Counted from the first letter of the stretch, positions 13,315 to 26,031 are shown. The stretch: 64,000 nucleotides of DNA from Eledone cirrhosa (GCA_964016885.1 OZ024746.1:53754001-53818000), one strand, 5' to 3'. Notes: generated from the sequence alone by a model not told the origin. Numbers and translations are program-made.

Positions 13315-15322
13315 ATATTTGGGGAGGGTCATATTTGTGTAATATTGCCAGAATTAATAACAGAACACACTCACTGTTTGGTTGGTTTTCGCTTCTCGCT
13401 GTCTTTTATATATATATATCTGCGATCTAACTTACTCGGTCCTCAATGTTGCCATTGACTGACCGGCGGTCAAAAATAATACAGATACAATATAGACACA
13501 AACACATATATATAGTTTACATAATTTACATAAATCTTTCGTTGCACATCTGCAACATCGTCAGTGGTGTTATATTCATACTCTCGTTATGTAGACGATA
13601 TCAATATAGTTATAAGAACACCCCCACTAGAGAGCACTAACAAGTTTGATTTAGAACGTAGCACGATGGAAAGCATCCAGCAGATAGCTAATTCCATACA
13701 CCAGAGTATAACTGTAACTATAGACTTCCCTTCCAAACACCCTAACAATAGACTACCTGTATTAGACACAGAACTCTGGATTAACACTATAGACGAGAGA
13801 GCCCAAATTCTCCACTCACACTATGCTAAACCCATGGCCTCCAAATACCTGATACTCAAAAACTCAGCAATGTCCAGTAGTGCTAAGTTTAATATTCTGA
13901 TCGCAGATTTGGTACGAGTGATGAAGAATGTGTCCAGCATGTGCGACCCAACAGAAATGGAAGGACACATCCAACACTTCATCAACCGCATGCAGTTCTC
14001 TGGCTACAACCAAAGAGACAGAGTCAGAGTATACGAAGGAGCCATGGAAAAGTATAAGACCCTCATAGAACTGGACATGAAAGGAATTTGCCCACTATAC
14101 AGGAGCAAATCATGGAATAGCTTAGATAGGGCTAGACATAAGATAGGGAAGGCCACATCATGGTACGACAACCAGAGCTATCAGAGTGTCATGTTTGTGG
14201 ACGCCACCCCTGGAGGGAAATTAGCTAACCAGTGTAGAAAGGCCCTGAGAAAGACCCACTTAAAAATAAAGGTGGTAGAAAAGCCAGGAACCACCATAAA
14301 ATCCCTGATCAGCAAAACCTACCCTTTTAAGAAAACCCACTGTACCAATAGGAAATGTATCATTTGTAAGGTGAACCCCCGGATAAACTGTAAAACTAGA
14401 AACGTAGTCTATAGCATAAGATGTACAGAGGGTACTTGCAGAAACATGACAACAACATACATAGGTGAGACAGCTCGTAGCATAGGTGAAAGGATAGACC
14501 AACACTGGGGGGAACTAAAAGGACGAAAAAACGGGTCAGTACTATACGAACATGCTAGACAACAACATGACGGTAACATAGACAACATAGAAATTTGAAT
14601 AATATCTAAACATAGGAATGACCCAGCAGATAGGCAAATCAGAGAGGCCAGTGAAATAGAAATTAGAAGACCAAAGCTAAACAGAAAGAATGAGTGGAAC
14701 AACAACAACACCCAAACAAACAACACTGACCTAAGAGAAGTATAAATAAGTAAATAAAATAAAATAAGATAAATAAATACATACACAAGCACATAAACAC
14801 ACACTAGTCACCCAGCAGACACAACACTATACACACTAGTCACACATCACACATAACACTATACACACACGCAAACGCATGCGCAAAGAAGACAAAATAA
14901 AATAAGATAAACAAACAAGCAAATAAATAAATAAATATATAGACACACTGAACAAAAAAAAAATGGCGTAGACATACAACACAACAGGAGGAACAATGAA
15001 TATAACACCACTGACGATGTTGCAGATGTGCAACGAAAGATTTATGTAAATTATGTAAACTATATATATGTGTTTGTGTCTATATTGTATCTGTATTATT
15101 TTTGACCGCCGGTCAGTCAATGGCAACATTGAGGACCGAGTAAGTTAGATCGCAGATATATATATATAAAAGACAGCGAGAAGCGAAAACCAACCAAACA
15201 GTGAGTGTGTTCTGTTATTAATTCTGGCAATATTACGCAAATATGACCCTCCCCAAATATAACAATATCTGTTTCGACACACGATTTCATATAAAACACC
15301 TCGCAAAACTAATTCATCGCCG

Positions 15323-15323
<1 letters not shown>
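13311..15323 (+). mobile_element. Penelope-like element (family A), 5'-truncated with inverted pLTR, inserted in (TA)n
   Basis: 13311-13577 is the reverse complement of ~14997-15265. An RT-GIY-YIG ORF lies between, and (TA)n is on both sides. Confidence 0.92.
13576..14744 (+). pseudogene. Penelope-like RT (from YVDD) + Cys-rich linker + GIY-YIG endonuclease, with one in-frame stop at 14596-14598
   Basis: Motifs YSRYVDD, LPVLD, HYAKPM, CTNRKCIIC and VVYSIRC...YIGETARS..ER..QH. The frame continues after the TGA to PKLNRKNEW. The copy at ~34510 has AGA at the stop position. Confidence 0.9.
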
Positions 15324-15397
<74 letters not shown>

Positions 15398-15399
<2 letters not shown>

Positions 15400-15850
15400 C
15401 AATATGTTGAAAAGGTAACACACCAGAGAAAGATATACAGTGCGCTATCAATAAAACAGGGAAAAAACCACCAGTGAATGGAATCTATAACCAATGAAAG
15501 GCAGACTATAGACACGATAATTGAAAATATAAATTAAAGCGTAAATAAATACCTCTATAACTATATATAACACACGTACAAATCCAAAGAGATCTGTTTC
15601 GCCAGTAATTTGTTGACAGAAATGGGATAACCTCGGTTCCTCAGCGTGTGTAAGGCTATACATTTCAGACAAAACTAAGAGAATTTTAAAAGTGACTGTC
15701 CAGCTACACGTGGGAGAGAGAAGTCACAGCGTGTTTAAGGGCAGTGAACCAGTGGCCTCTGAGGGACGAGCTGCTAGAAAGGGCAGCCCAAAACCACTCA
15801 GAGAAGTGTGCTCAACCAAACAGAGAGATAGGAAAGACTGTTTTAAGGAG
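15398..15850 (-). mobile_element. Penelope-type pLTR remnant with hammerhead (related copies at 9455-9545 and 36355-36690)
   Basis: Minus-strand hammerhead at 15572-15649: acacg-CTGAGGA-acc...ggc-GAAA-cagat...atttg-TA-cgtgt. Confidence 0.75.
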
Positions 15851-15857
15851 CGAAATA

Positions 15858-16196
15858 CCACTCGATATGCAAATTAGGCTGCTCAGCCGTTAATATGCAT
15901 AAGGAAAGTATATACTTTCAGACGTTCAATCATCTGGCAGGAAGGTATACGATGCTGACGATAGCTAATAAGCTTGAAACAAGTACAGCGTTCCTTTGTC
16001 AGTGTTGAACAAACGAGCAACGATGGTTGCTAGACACTACGGCTTAATACGGGATGTTTGTTTACAAACACACCGAGCATCATAATAAATGTTCGGTGAA
16101 TCCATACATACATATATATATGTGTGCATGTATGTATATATATATATATACATACTACTGTACGTCTGTATACATATATGTATGTACGTATACATA

Positions 16197-16200
<4 letters not shown>
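15858..16200 (+). mobile_element. Partial copy of the 435-bp hammerhead (retrozyme-like) family
   Basis: Matches 19530-19870, with a hammerhead at ~15950-15990. Confidence 0.85.
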
Positions 16201-16280
<80 letters not shown>

Positions 16281-16334
16281 AGTGTGTATGTGTGTATATA
16301 AATATATATATTTATAATTGTACATATATATGTA

Positions 16335-16372
<38 letters not shown>

Positions 16373-16612
16373 CAAAGCATCGGAGCGTCGAGTAAATTGA
16401 AATTCTTAGAAACTGTAGAAAATCTCGAAAGCGGAATATAACTGTGAACACAATTGATTGCTATGTGCTCTAGCTTAGAAAATAGGGTGAAATATCGCCA
16501 TAGACGGAGAAATGTCTAAGAGGTATTTTGCCTCAAATTCTACGCTATTATCTATATTAATCAACCGTGTTCTTGATTATTTTTTAAGTTCGAAATTTTC
16601 TACAGTTTCTAA

Positions 16613-16667
<55 letters not shown>

Positions 16668-16674
<7 letters not shown>

Positions 16675-16953
16675 TAAAAGATGGTTAAAAAAGTTCCATA
16701 TATTTTATTATGCGCATTTCGAAAACAATATCATCCTGGGACAAAAATTGCGTTCTCATCAGATAAAATAAGGTAAATCTACTTATTTGTATATGTAGAT
16801 TGGACACTTTCTTGTTCACAAGTGTTTTTAGGCCTCATATCATGTTACCTTAATTTATCTGATGAGAACACAATTTTTGTCCCAGGATGATGTTGTTTTC
16901 GAAATGCGCATAATAAAATATATGGAACTTATTTAACAATCTTTTAATTTCTT

Positions 16954-16957
<4 letters not shown>
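16668..16957. mobile_element. Palindromic TA-flanked mini-element with two opposed hammerheads (16702-16769 on -, 16852-16919 on +)
   Basis: attttat-CTGATGA-gaa...ttc-GAAA-tgcgca-TA-ataaaat on each arm. The arms are ~110 bp and nearly identical. Confidence 0.85.
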
Positions 16958-16987
<30 letters not shown>

Positions 16988-17054
16988 TATGAAGAGAGAA
17001 GAAACATTTAGATATAATTAGTAATAAAATGTATCATACCTAAACTGCTCCTAG

Positions 17055-17147
17055 ATTCTTCGACTACGTAGTTTCGTGGCATAAACAAAAACAATACATC
17101 ATAAAGATATAGAGTCTTTCCGAGGTCTGCCGACTTATCAAGAGGAT
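17055..17147 (-). ncRNA. Hammerhead candidate with U3-A8 core (TTGATAA)
   Basis: Minus strand reads atcctc-TTGATAA-gtcggca...tgccac-GAAA-ctacgtag-TC-gaagaat. Stem III is palindromic and stem I is imperfect. Confidence 0.6.
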
Positions 17148-17450
17148 ACCTCATTTTACTAGCTTCAAGAACGCGTCTACACGACGTGAGAAAGAATCCC
17201 AAAAGGCGGAGGGGGAGATAGTCACGCGATATAACGGTCGAGAAACAGAGCTAAGCCTCTTATAACCCCGAAGAAAATACCACGGAGGCGGAGGGGGTAT
17301 TTATATCGAAGCCGTAGAAGAGGTGGTGAAGGGGGCGAGAAGTATGAGTAATGGCAGCTTTCCAGCAGTCACCACACTTCAAAGATTACTCGACCAGAGG
17401 GAGTTATGAACAATATATTTAGAAACACACAGATGCATGCGGACACACAC

Positions 17451-17530
<80 letters not shown>

Positions 17531-17537
17531 GGAAAGA

Positions 17538-17800
17538 GAGAATGGAAAACGAAAAATCAGTGATGCATCGGAACTCAATTTATTGTGTGTTACAATTGTT
17601 TCCCCGGCGAACAGCTCGAGGTGCGATCTGTGTGTGGATCGACCTGACTCTGAACTCGCAGGTTAATCGGACACATCTATTGATTTCGGAGTCAGGTCGA
17701 TTCACACACAGATCGCGCCCCGAGCTGTTCGCCGGGGAAACTATTGTAACACACAATAAATTGAGTTCTGATGCATCACTGATTTTTCATTTTCCATTCT
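17538..17800. mobile_element. Fold-back mini-element with a decayed hammerhead
   Basis: ~115-bp inverted arms. The minus strand reads tgtgt-CCGATTA...GAAA-caattg-TA-acaca. Confidence 0.7.
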
Positions 17801-17889
17801 ATAATACTTTGCTCCGTAGGAGCATAGAGTGCTCAACGGCATACCGCCTATGGAGTCATCTTAGCAACCATTATACATATATATATACA

Positions 17890-18310
17890 CTAGCAGAGGT
17901 ACCCGGCGTTGCTCGGATATTAAATAGCAATTGTGTATACCATTTATCTCAATGCTTCAGTGCTGCTTCGAAAACTATAGTTTTACAAAATCATCGGCTT
18001 TTTCCAAAAGGGGGTTCCTGCCCCCAGCGGCCCCCTACCCAATATGTGCCAATTCTGAGACAAACGTAGCCCATGTGTCAAGTTTTGTGAAAATCGGTTG
18101 CGAACTACAGAAGTTATGACGTTTTGTTGCATTGTACTGCAGTGCTTTAGTCGACTCCAAGGAAGTGGTTAAAGTGATTAAAGGGGTTATCTGCCGGGGG
18201 ACCCTATAATCAATATCTGGAAAAATGACAGTGCCCATGACCATCCGGAGTACATAAGTAACCTATGTCTTAAGTTTGGTGAAAATACTGTAGAAATGCA
18301 TAAGGTTTAT
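17890..18310 (-). mobile_element. Non-autonomous Helitron-like element
   Basis: The minus-strand 3' end is ccgagcaacgccgggtacctctgCTAG|T, a GC hairpin followed by CTAG. The 5' boundary is uncertain. Confidence 0.65.
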
Positions 18311-18544
18311 ACATACGCGCGTGCGTTCGTGTGTGTGCATGTGTGTGTGTATGTGGGGGGGGGGGGGTATGTATTTGTGTGTGCGTATGTATGTGTATGT
18401 CCGTCGGGGCATACGTATGTACTGGCCTAAGTCTTCAGTATTTGCTTTTACTATTTTATTAACCTCTGTCATTTTCGTTTTCAATTTTATTTACATCATT
18501 CTTAAACTCCGGGGCTGGAAATCATTCTGTTATTTTAAATAGAA

Positions 18545-18950
18545 TATTAGTCTAACGACTCCATTTATACCATAAACTTGGTCTTGTCTTTGCATGAAAT
18601 TGTTCTTCATAATCCACATAACGACATATTATCCTCGCTTTTTTCCCGTACATTGCCAGGGAACGTCTTGACGAACCAACATATCGTCTTCCTGTTTTCG
18701 TTCGGTTGCAAACATTTCTCGAAATAATTAGTTCTGCGTTCACAGATTACTCTCAGTTCAATTTGAATGGGAAATTCCTGTTTCATCGATTTTCCCCGTA
18801 ACCATGGAAGATTGTAGCTTGAACGTCGACCCAACGACTCCTCGATCATTCTGCATAACTGTGTAAATTTTCGCTACCAAGCCGTTTCGAAGTTTATCCG
18901 ACTAAACCTACATATACAACGTCCGACCACTTCCAATTTATATAGTAGAT
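18545..18950. mobile_element. Diverged Penelope-like pLTR (related to 12980-13190) joined to a possible inverted GIY-YIG fragment
   Basis: Nucleotide similarity to 12980-13190. The minus strand gives NLLYKLEV.. and, frameshifted, YVGL..KRL. Confidence 0.5.
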
Positions 18951-18954
18951 TTGA

Positions 18955-19937
18955 ATATAAATATGTATACGTACATACATATATGTATACAGACGTACAG
19001 TAGTATGTATATATATATATATACAAACATGCACACATATATATATGTACGTATGGATTCACCGAACATTTATTACAATGCCCGGTGTGTTTGTAAACAA
19101 ACATCCCGAATTAAGTCGTACAGTGTCTAGTAACCATCGTTGCTCATTTGTTCAACACGGACAAAGGAACGCTGTACTAGTTTCAAGCTTATTAGCTATC
19201 GTCAGCAACGTATACCTTCCTGCCAGATAGTTGAACGTCTGAAAGTATATACTTTCTATATGCATATTAACGGCTGAGCAGCCTAATTTGCATATCGAGT
19301 GAGTTAATCGGCCGGGGTACCGAAAACGATAAACGGAAAAAATGAAACGAAATTTCATTTCTCACCCTTATATATATATATATATATATACATACTACTG
19401 TACGCCTGTATACATATATGTATGTACGTATACATACTTATATTTAAGTAACAGCCATACTAAGAGTGAGAAATGAAATTTCGTTTCATTTTTTCCGTTT
19501 ATCGTTTTCGGTACCCCGGCCGATTAACTCACTCGATATGCAAATTAGACTGCTCAGCTGTTAATATGCATAAGGAAAGTATATACTTTCAGACGTTCAA
19601 CTATCTGGTAGGAAGGTATACGTTGCTGACGATAGCTAATAAGCTTGAAACTAGTACAGCGTTCCTTTGTCAGTGTTGAGCAAATGAGCAACGATGGTTA
19701 CTAGACACTGTACGACTTAATTCGGGATGTTTGTTTATAAACACACCGGGCATTATAATAAATGTTCGGTGAATCCATACGTACATATATATATGTGTGC
19801 ATGTATGTATATATATATATATATACATACTACTGTACGTCTGTATACATATATGTATCTACGTATACATACTAATATTTAAGTAACAGCCGTACTAAGA
19901 GTGAGAAATGAAATTTCGTTTCATTTTTTCCGTTTAT
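18955..19937. mobile_element. 435-bp hammerhead retrozyme-like family: a minus-strand monomer (18955-19368) and a plus-strand 1.25-mer (19391-19937)
   Basis: 19391-19502 is repeated at 19826-19937 (period 435). Hammerheads at 19170-19210 (-) and 19621-19661 (+) read cgttg-CTGACGA-tagct(aata)agctt-GAAA-ctag-TA-cagcg. Confidence 0.88.
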
Positions 19938-20057
19938 CCATTTATTTGTTTATATATGAATGACAAAAAGAAAAGTACAAAATTATACATGAATTGTTTC
20001 TACTAAACTTTCAATTTAAGACACAACCTACATATTTGGTAGGACTCCAGCTCACTT

Positions 20058-20200
20058 CGTCTTCTTCTTCTTTTGGTCCCCCTGGAACATTGGGCTTCGA
20101 GCCACCCCACACAACGCCATGTTCTGAATCTGCTTTTCAACTCCACCGTGATGCACGGTGCATCATGGTGTATCCAACCATTTTTTTAGGTCTTACTACG
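20058..20200 (-). mobile_element. Probable RTE LINE extreme 3' end
   Basis: The minus strand ends in (GAA)n after a GRPKK..W...W-like decayed stretch. Confidence 0.45.
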
Positions 20201-20495
20201 GCTGATTTCTTTCAGAGAGAAAGAAAGAGATGGAAAAATGCAGAGAAGATTCATCCCCGGAAGAATAATAAAAAATGTTTACACTGCACATTTCATTTTT
20301 TCAAAGCTAAAGCTGCCGATCCAAAATCAGTAATTCAGCTCCCTGAAAACTTTCAAGTATATGCTGTTCTAGCATGAATATTATGCTAAGGATAAGCTGT
20401 CCACAAAGTAAGATTTACTTGCATATCCCCGCTCATATAAACACATAAATACATGCATACATACATTACAGTTGATATTTTTTTTATTAAAGCGT

Positions 20496-20572
<77 letters not shown>

Positions 20573-21042
20573 CGAAACATAAGTCAATTGCATGAACTCA
20601 TAATCCTTTATTTACTGCTTTATTTGTATGAAATTGAAAATAATACAAAAGTATTAGAACAGGGGAAAATAACTCACCGAACGCGATAGTTTTGGGGCCC
20701 CAGGGACCACATTTTCAAGTTAGAGATTTGAAACCTCGTCTATTTGCTTCCTTGGCACTTTTTACATAGGTGTGTAAATTTTAATGTCAGTCCGACGACG
20801 TCTACTACCATTTAACCGTGCACATCTGAATTTCAACCACCACCCATTTCACAAATATATATTAGATATATTATAAAGTGTCGGGACCCCAATGGCTGAA
20901 CTCTTGCCGTTTAAACAGCCAGTTCGAGAGTGATTCGGCAAGAACTCAACCATTCTCTCCTACCCCAAGTATCGGAAACTCTGGATTTACATATATATGT
21001 CAAAAGGGCCGGATCTCAGCTGTCGGGGTCCTGACTCTTTCA

Positions 21043-21127
<85 letters not shown>

Positions 21128-21199
21128 CGTTTCTGAATTTGTTTAGCAAGATTCTTTATCTGAAATCGTGTGTTGAAACCGATATTGTTATACTTTGTT

Positions 21200-23544
21200 A
21201 TACTGCGACGAGTCCTCGCCACGACTTTACCATTTAACAAACGCATGCAATTGCCGTCGCAGGTCGATGAACAAACAGAAGCACAATTTAGTATAGCTAG
21301 ATCCGAACTTAGAAATATTATAGAACAGTATAGCAAGAAGCATAATAGAATGGAGGCCCAGCAACTGGGAGAAAAATCTGCAAATGGCTTGCGTAAGCTC
21401 ATGCAGCGCTCACGTAATGGAGAGATAGCATGCTTTCCAACAGACAAGTCTGGCAGAATGTCGGTTGACAGCCTGCCAAACTACATCCAGGCAATGCAAC
21501 CCCACATCACTAACACAAGAGAGGTAACACCACAGGAGCATGAGGATAGAGAAAAAGCCCTCAATGCCCATATGGTGATGTGGACGAATATAATGCAGCC
21601 CAACAAAAGGACTGCCAACAACTTCCAGGCCTGGAACAATGACGTGCCGGCGTTGTATGGGCTTCGAAAAGACCATAAAACGGGCTGTGACCCTGTCGCG
21701 GGACCACCAACACGGCCAGTCTGTGGAGCTAACATTGCTAGTAACTACAGATTGTCCTACTTCCTCTCCCTGATCATACGCCCCATCATCGAAATGTCCC
21801 CAGATGTATGTGACAGCACGGAGGACCTCCTTAGCAGAATCGGCGTGAGTAACCGATCTGGGGACCTAACAAACTGCATAATAGGCAGTATGGATGTTGT
21901 GTCCCTGTATCCATCTATTGACGTGGATTTTGCTGTGGAGAAATGCGTAGAAATGATCAGTGAGAGCAAGGTTGAGTTCCGTGGGATTGATACCAGTGAG
22001 CTGGGACTCCTACTTAAGCTTACCTATAGTAATAGTTACCTAGACACATATGACCTTAGCAACCTGTGCCCTACAAGACCAGCAGGAGGCAAACCACCTA
22101 CCATTACCTCAATGGCCAAGAAAACCCACACAGATTGATGGAACGGGTGGACCAGAGCCATACGGACACCCGAAACCACGATGAACTAAAGAAAATGATT
22201 GCACATGCGGTAGGGGCCAGCATAAAACTAACCCTTAAGGAACATATGTTCAAATTTAATGGAAAAACATATGCCCAAGAGGAAGGAGCAGCCATTGGTG
22301 TTAGCATTGCAGGCAACATAGCTAACTTATTCATGGTATGGTGGGACAGTAGACTTAAACTTAAACTTAAAGAACAATTAGAAGACCCCTTAACCCTGAT
22401 AATGTACTCCCGCTACGTAGATGATATAAACATCGTAGCTAAGACACCCCCACTAGAGAACAGTCAGGAACTAGAGAAAAACACAATGGAAAGCATCCAG
22501 CAAATAGCAAACTCCATCCACCAGAGCATTAGAGTTACTATAGACTACCCAAGTAAACACCCCAACCATCGATTACCTGTACTAGACACAGAGCTCTGGT
22601 TAGATACCATTAACAACAAAAAACAAATCCTCCATTCCCATTATGCCAAACCCATGACTTCCAAACATCTGATCCACCGAAACTCGGCCATTTCGGACCA
22701 TACCAAAATCAACATACTGATTGCGGATTTGGTACGGGTGATGAGAAATGTGTCCCGCACGTGCAACCCCGAAGAACTAGAGAGACACATACAACAATTC
22801 ATCCACCGTATGCAGTTCTCTGGCTACAATCAGAGAGATAAAATCAGAGTGTATAGAGGAGCCAGAACCAAATGGGAAAAAATGGTAAATAATGACATAA
22901 ATGGGAACTGCCCCTTGTATAGGAGCACATTTTGGAATAGAATAGAAAGAACTAGGAACAAGGCTAATAGAATAAACTCATGGTATGATAGCAATAAATA
23001 CCAGAGTGTAATGTTCATCAATACAACCCCTAGAGGTGAATTAGCTTACAAATTTAGAAGGGCCCTAAATAAACATAAACTCAATATTAAGATAGTAGAA
23101 AGACCAGGTACCTCCGTAAAAACACTTATTAGCAAGACATACCCTTTTCAAAGACCCTCATGTATAGATAAGAAATGTATAACCTGTAAAATAAGCCCCC
23201 ATATTAACTGTAAAACTAGAAATGTAGTGTATAGCATAAGATGTACTGAACGACAATGTAGAGACAAAAATATAGTGTACATAGGTGAGACAGCTCGTAG
23301 TGTAGGGGAACGGATAAATGAACACTGGCGAGACCTTCAAGATAATAAAGAATCATCTGTACTCTACCAACATGCTAAGATAGAACACAAGGGTAAATTA
23401 GAGAACATAGAAATAAAAATAGAATCTACACACAGAAAAGACGCAATGTTTAGACAAATTACAGAGGCAATAAACATAAAAGAATTACAACCAAAATTAA
23501 ATAGAAAATATGAGTGGAACAGCAACATCACAACTTACAATTAA
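21200..23544 (+). pseudogene. Penelope-like polyprotein (RT + GIY-YIG), broken by a stop at 22136-22138 and a frameshift near 22175
   Basis: Motifs PTDKSG, LYGLRKDHK, PPTRPVCGA, GSMDVVSLYPSI, YAQEEGAAIG, YSRYVDD, CIDKKCITC, VVYSIRC...YIGETARS and LNRKYEW. Clearly homologous to the 13.6-kb ORF. Confidence 0.93.
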
Positions 23545-23743
23545 GGACAAAATGAAAACACACACACACATAGAACAAACAACCAACCAGTAACATGTAA
23601 ATAAACAAATAAATAAATGAACATAAACACACACAGATACCCGGATGTGGCGCATGCGCAGACTGAGCACACAACACACACACAGAAACAAAATGGCGTA
23701 GGACAGAAGAAAGGAGAGGCACAGAAACAATGAAAGGAATCCC

Positions 23744-23790
23744 TAGTCACTGAAGAGGTCACAGTGTGTGTGACGAAAGAACTATGACTA
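23744..23790 (+). ncRNA. Minimal type I hammerhead in the family B pLTR
   Basis: tagtca-CTGAAGA-g-gtcaca(gtgtg)tgtgac-GAAA-gaac-TA-tgacta. Confidence 0.85.
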
Positions 23791-24248
23791 TATATAAACA
23801 ACTATCTGGTCGTGGAACCAACCAACCAACTATAAATTTATAAATTTATAAATTTATTATAATAAATTGAAGTGAAAGCAACTGGTGCGTGTGTTTCTTA
23901 TTGGCAACATGACCCTCCCAAAGTATAACAATATATATATATATATATATATACATATATACATGACCAGCTACTATCACTATTACACTACGACTATGCC
24001 ACCATACCACTATCATCGTACCACAATAGCCTCCATCAGCACCACCACCATCACTAGCAGCTCCAGAAACACCACCACCACTATATAACCATGCCACCAA
24101 AATAGCAAGTTACGAAATCCTGCATCCTAACACCAGTGCTATTTCAAAATTGTTTAAAAACCAGAATCATAGATATGACCAAAGGTGCTTCAGATAAGAT
24201 TTGGCAGTTTCGGTCTTGCCTATATATATAAATATATATATATATGTT

Positions 24249-24321
<73 letters not shown>

Positions 24322-24657
24322 ATTTATGCATGTACATATATATATAAACATGTATGTATGTACAGATATAATCATATATAAGTATATATATATATTTATA
24401 TATATATGTGTGTGTGTGTGTGTTTGTAAGCGTGTTATTCAGATAAGACTGTTCAGGCTGGAGCACTGCTATAAATGTGGGTGTGCCATAGTTGTCTACT
24501 TTCCTAACGTGTCTACACCTATGATTGGGTGTGTCTGGCCTCCATTGTAATTATGTATGTTTCTGTCTCTCTCTATATACGAATGCCTGTATTTGTACGA
24601 ATGTGTCTGTATACACACACGCACGCACACATATATATATATATATGTATGTACATA

Positions 24658-24740
24658 TACAGGGGTCCCCCCACCCCCAAATGTATATACACTTTTAGAA
24701 TGCTGTTGAAGTGTGTATACATCTTTTGGGACACCCTGTA
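24658..24740. mobile_element. Tiny Tc1/mariner-type MITE
   Basis: TA-CAGGGGTCCC...GGGACACCCTG-TA, with internal aatgtatatacactt / aagtgtgtatacat inverted arms. Confidence 0.65.
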
Positions 24741-24771
24741 TATATATATATTTAAATGTACATACATACAT

Positions 24772-24815
<44 letters not shown>

Positions 24816-25074
24816 TTCTATAAATACACATACATATATACTTACAAACATATATATATATATATATAATACATATGTATATATGTATTTAATGTAGATG
24901 TGTGTGTGCGTTTGTATGTATGTCTATATATATATATATGTGTGTATGTGTGTATATATATGTGTGTGTGTGTGTGTTTTCAAATGAGGAAAGCAGTAGC
25001 TTTGAAACGGAACTTTTATCTTAACCAGATTCTTGACATAAACACAAGATAGACCCAATGACAAACTAAAAATG

Positions 25075-25118
<44 letters not shown>

Positions 25119-25830
25119 GCCACTCTACCTCCCCTCTGCCACTCTCCCTCCCACTGCCACTCTCTCTCCCCCTGCCCCCACGTGCCACTCCCCCCCTTCC
25201 ACTCTCTCACCCCCTCCACTGTTTCTTTGTCACTGTTTATATCTCAATCTTCCTCTCTCTATTACCTCTGTTTGTCTCCCTCTCTTTCTATATCTCTATG
25301 TCTTTGTTTGTTCCCCTCCCTCTCTAACTCTCTCTTTCCCACAGACTCTTTGTTTATTTATTATACTTATTCATACAAGGGAGGGTGGAAGAATTGGTGG
25401 AGTTTGAGGAGGTGATGCGTGTGTATGAGAGAGAGAAAGAAAGAGAGAGAGAAAGAGAGAGAGAGCGAAAGAGTGTGAGAGAGAGAGAGAATCTCCTTGG
25501 CCTTTGCTGAAATTTAATTATCGAGATTTCAGGACGGTTTCAAGGTTGTTGGGTGTATATCATTGTCATTACACATGAGAGAGTGTGCATAAGATATATA
25601 TATATATATAATGGCTGCAACTCGATTTCGAGTAATGCCATTGTTTGATACTTAAGCATAAGCATCACAGACATGGCTTTACAGTCTTGCCAGGGACTTG
25701 CCTATGCCCAGCAATACCATGCATCGCAAAAAATGTCACATATCAAGCGATGCCTGTGCTTGAAGGTTTTTTAAGTGAGTAAAGGCTTTCTTAGGACCAA
25801 TTCCACTCTCTGAACATTGAGTATATTTGC

Positions 25831-25861
<31 letters not shown>

Positions 25862-25930
25862 AAATGAACTAGTCACATGTTTTAGATCAGAGTGACCTTC
25901 TCCTAGATTGATGCCTTAATGAAGACTAGG

Positions 25931-26031
<101 letters not shown>

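Larger units (their letters stand above)
21124..23931 (+). mobile_element. Penelope-like element (family B), 5'-truncated, with an inverted terminal tip at the 5' end and a hammerhead-bearing pLTR at the 3' end, in (TA)n
   Basis: 21124-21197 matches the reverse-complemented terminus also seen at 40330-40399. The RT-EN ORF is followed by a pLTR at ~23690-23931. Confidence 0.93.

Noticed and set aside
14596-14598. In-frame TGA in the family A ORF as selenocysteine (some Naiad elements encode selenoproteins)
   Set aside because: The sister copy at ~34510 has AGA (Arg) and family B has Lys at this position, so it is a nonsense mutation.
15005-15055. Active hammerhead in the family A pLTR (also 13536-13564 and ~34846)
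   Set aside because: The core and stem II are perfect (CTGACGA-gttgca..tgcaac-GAAA) but stem I does not pair convincingly in these copies, so they are counted only as decayed candidates.
19152-19679. Twin 68-aa ORFs (MKFRFIFSVYRF...) as a peptide gene
   Set aside because: They are two inverted copies of the 435-bp repeat. The ORF overlaps the hammerhead and is not intact in other copies.
21170-21200. MLKPILLYF as a signal peptide or true N-terminus of the RT
   Set aside because: It derives from the inverted pLTR tip fused to the truncated ORF.
22136-22138. In-frame TGA in the family B ORF as selenocysteine or programmed recoding
   Set aside because: It is not an evident Cys position, is most simply CGA>TGA, and is followed by a frameshift about 40 nt later. 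No SECIS was recognised.
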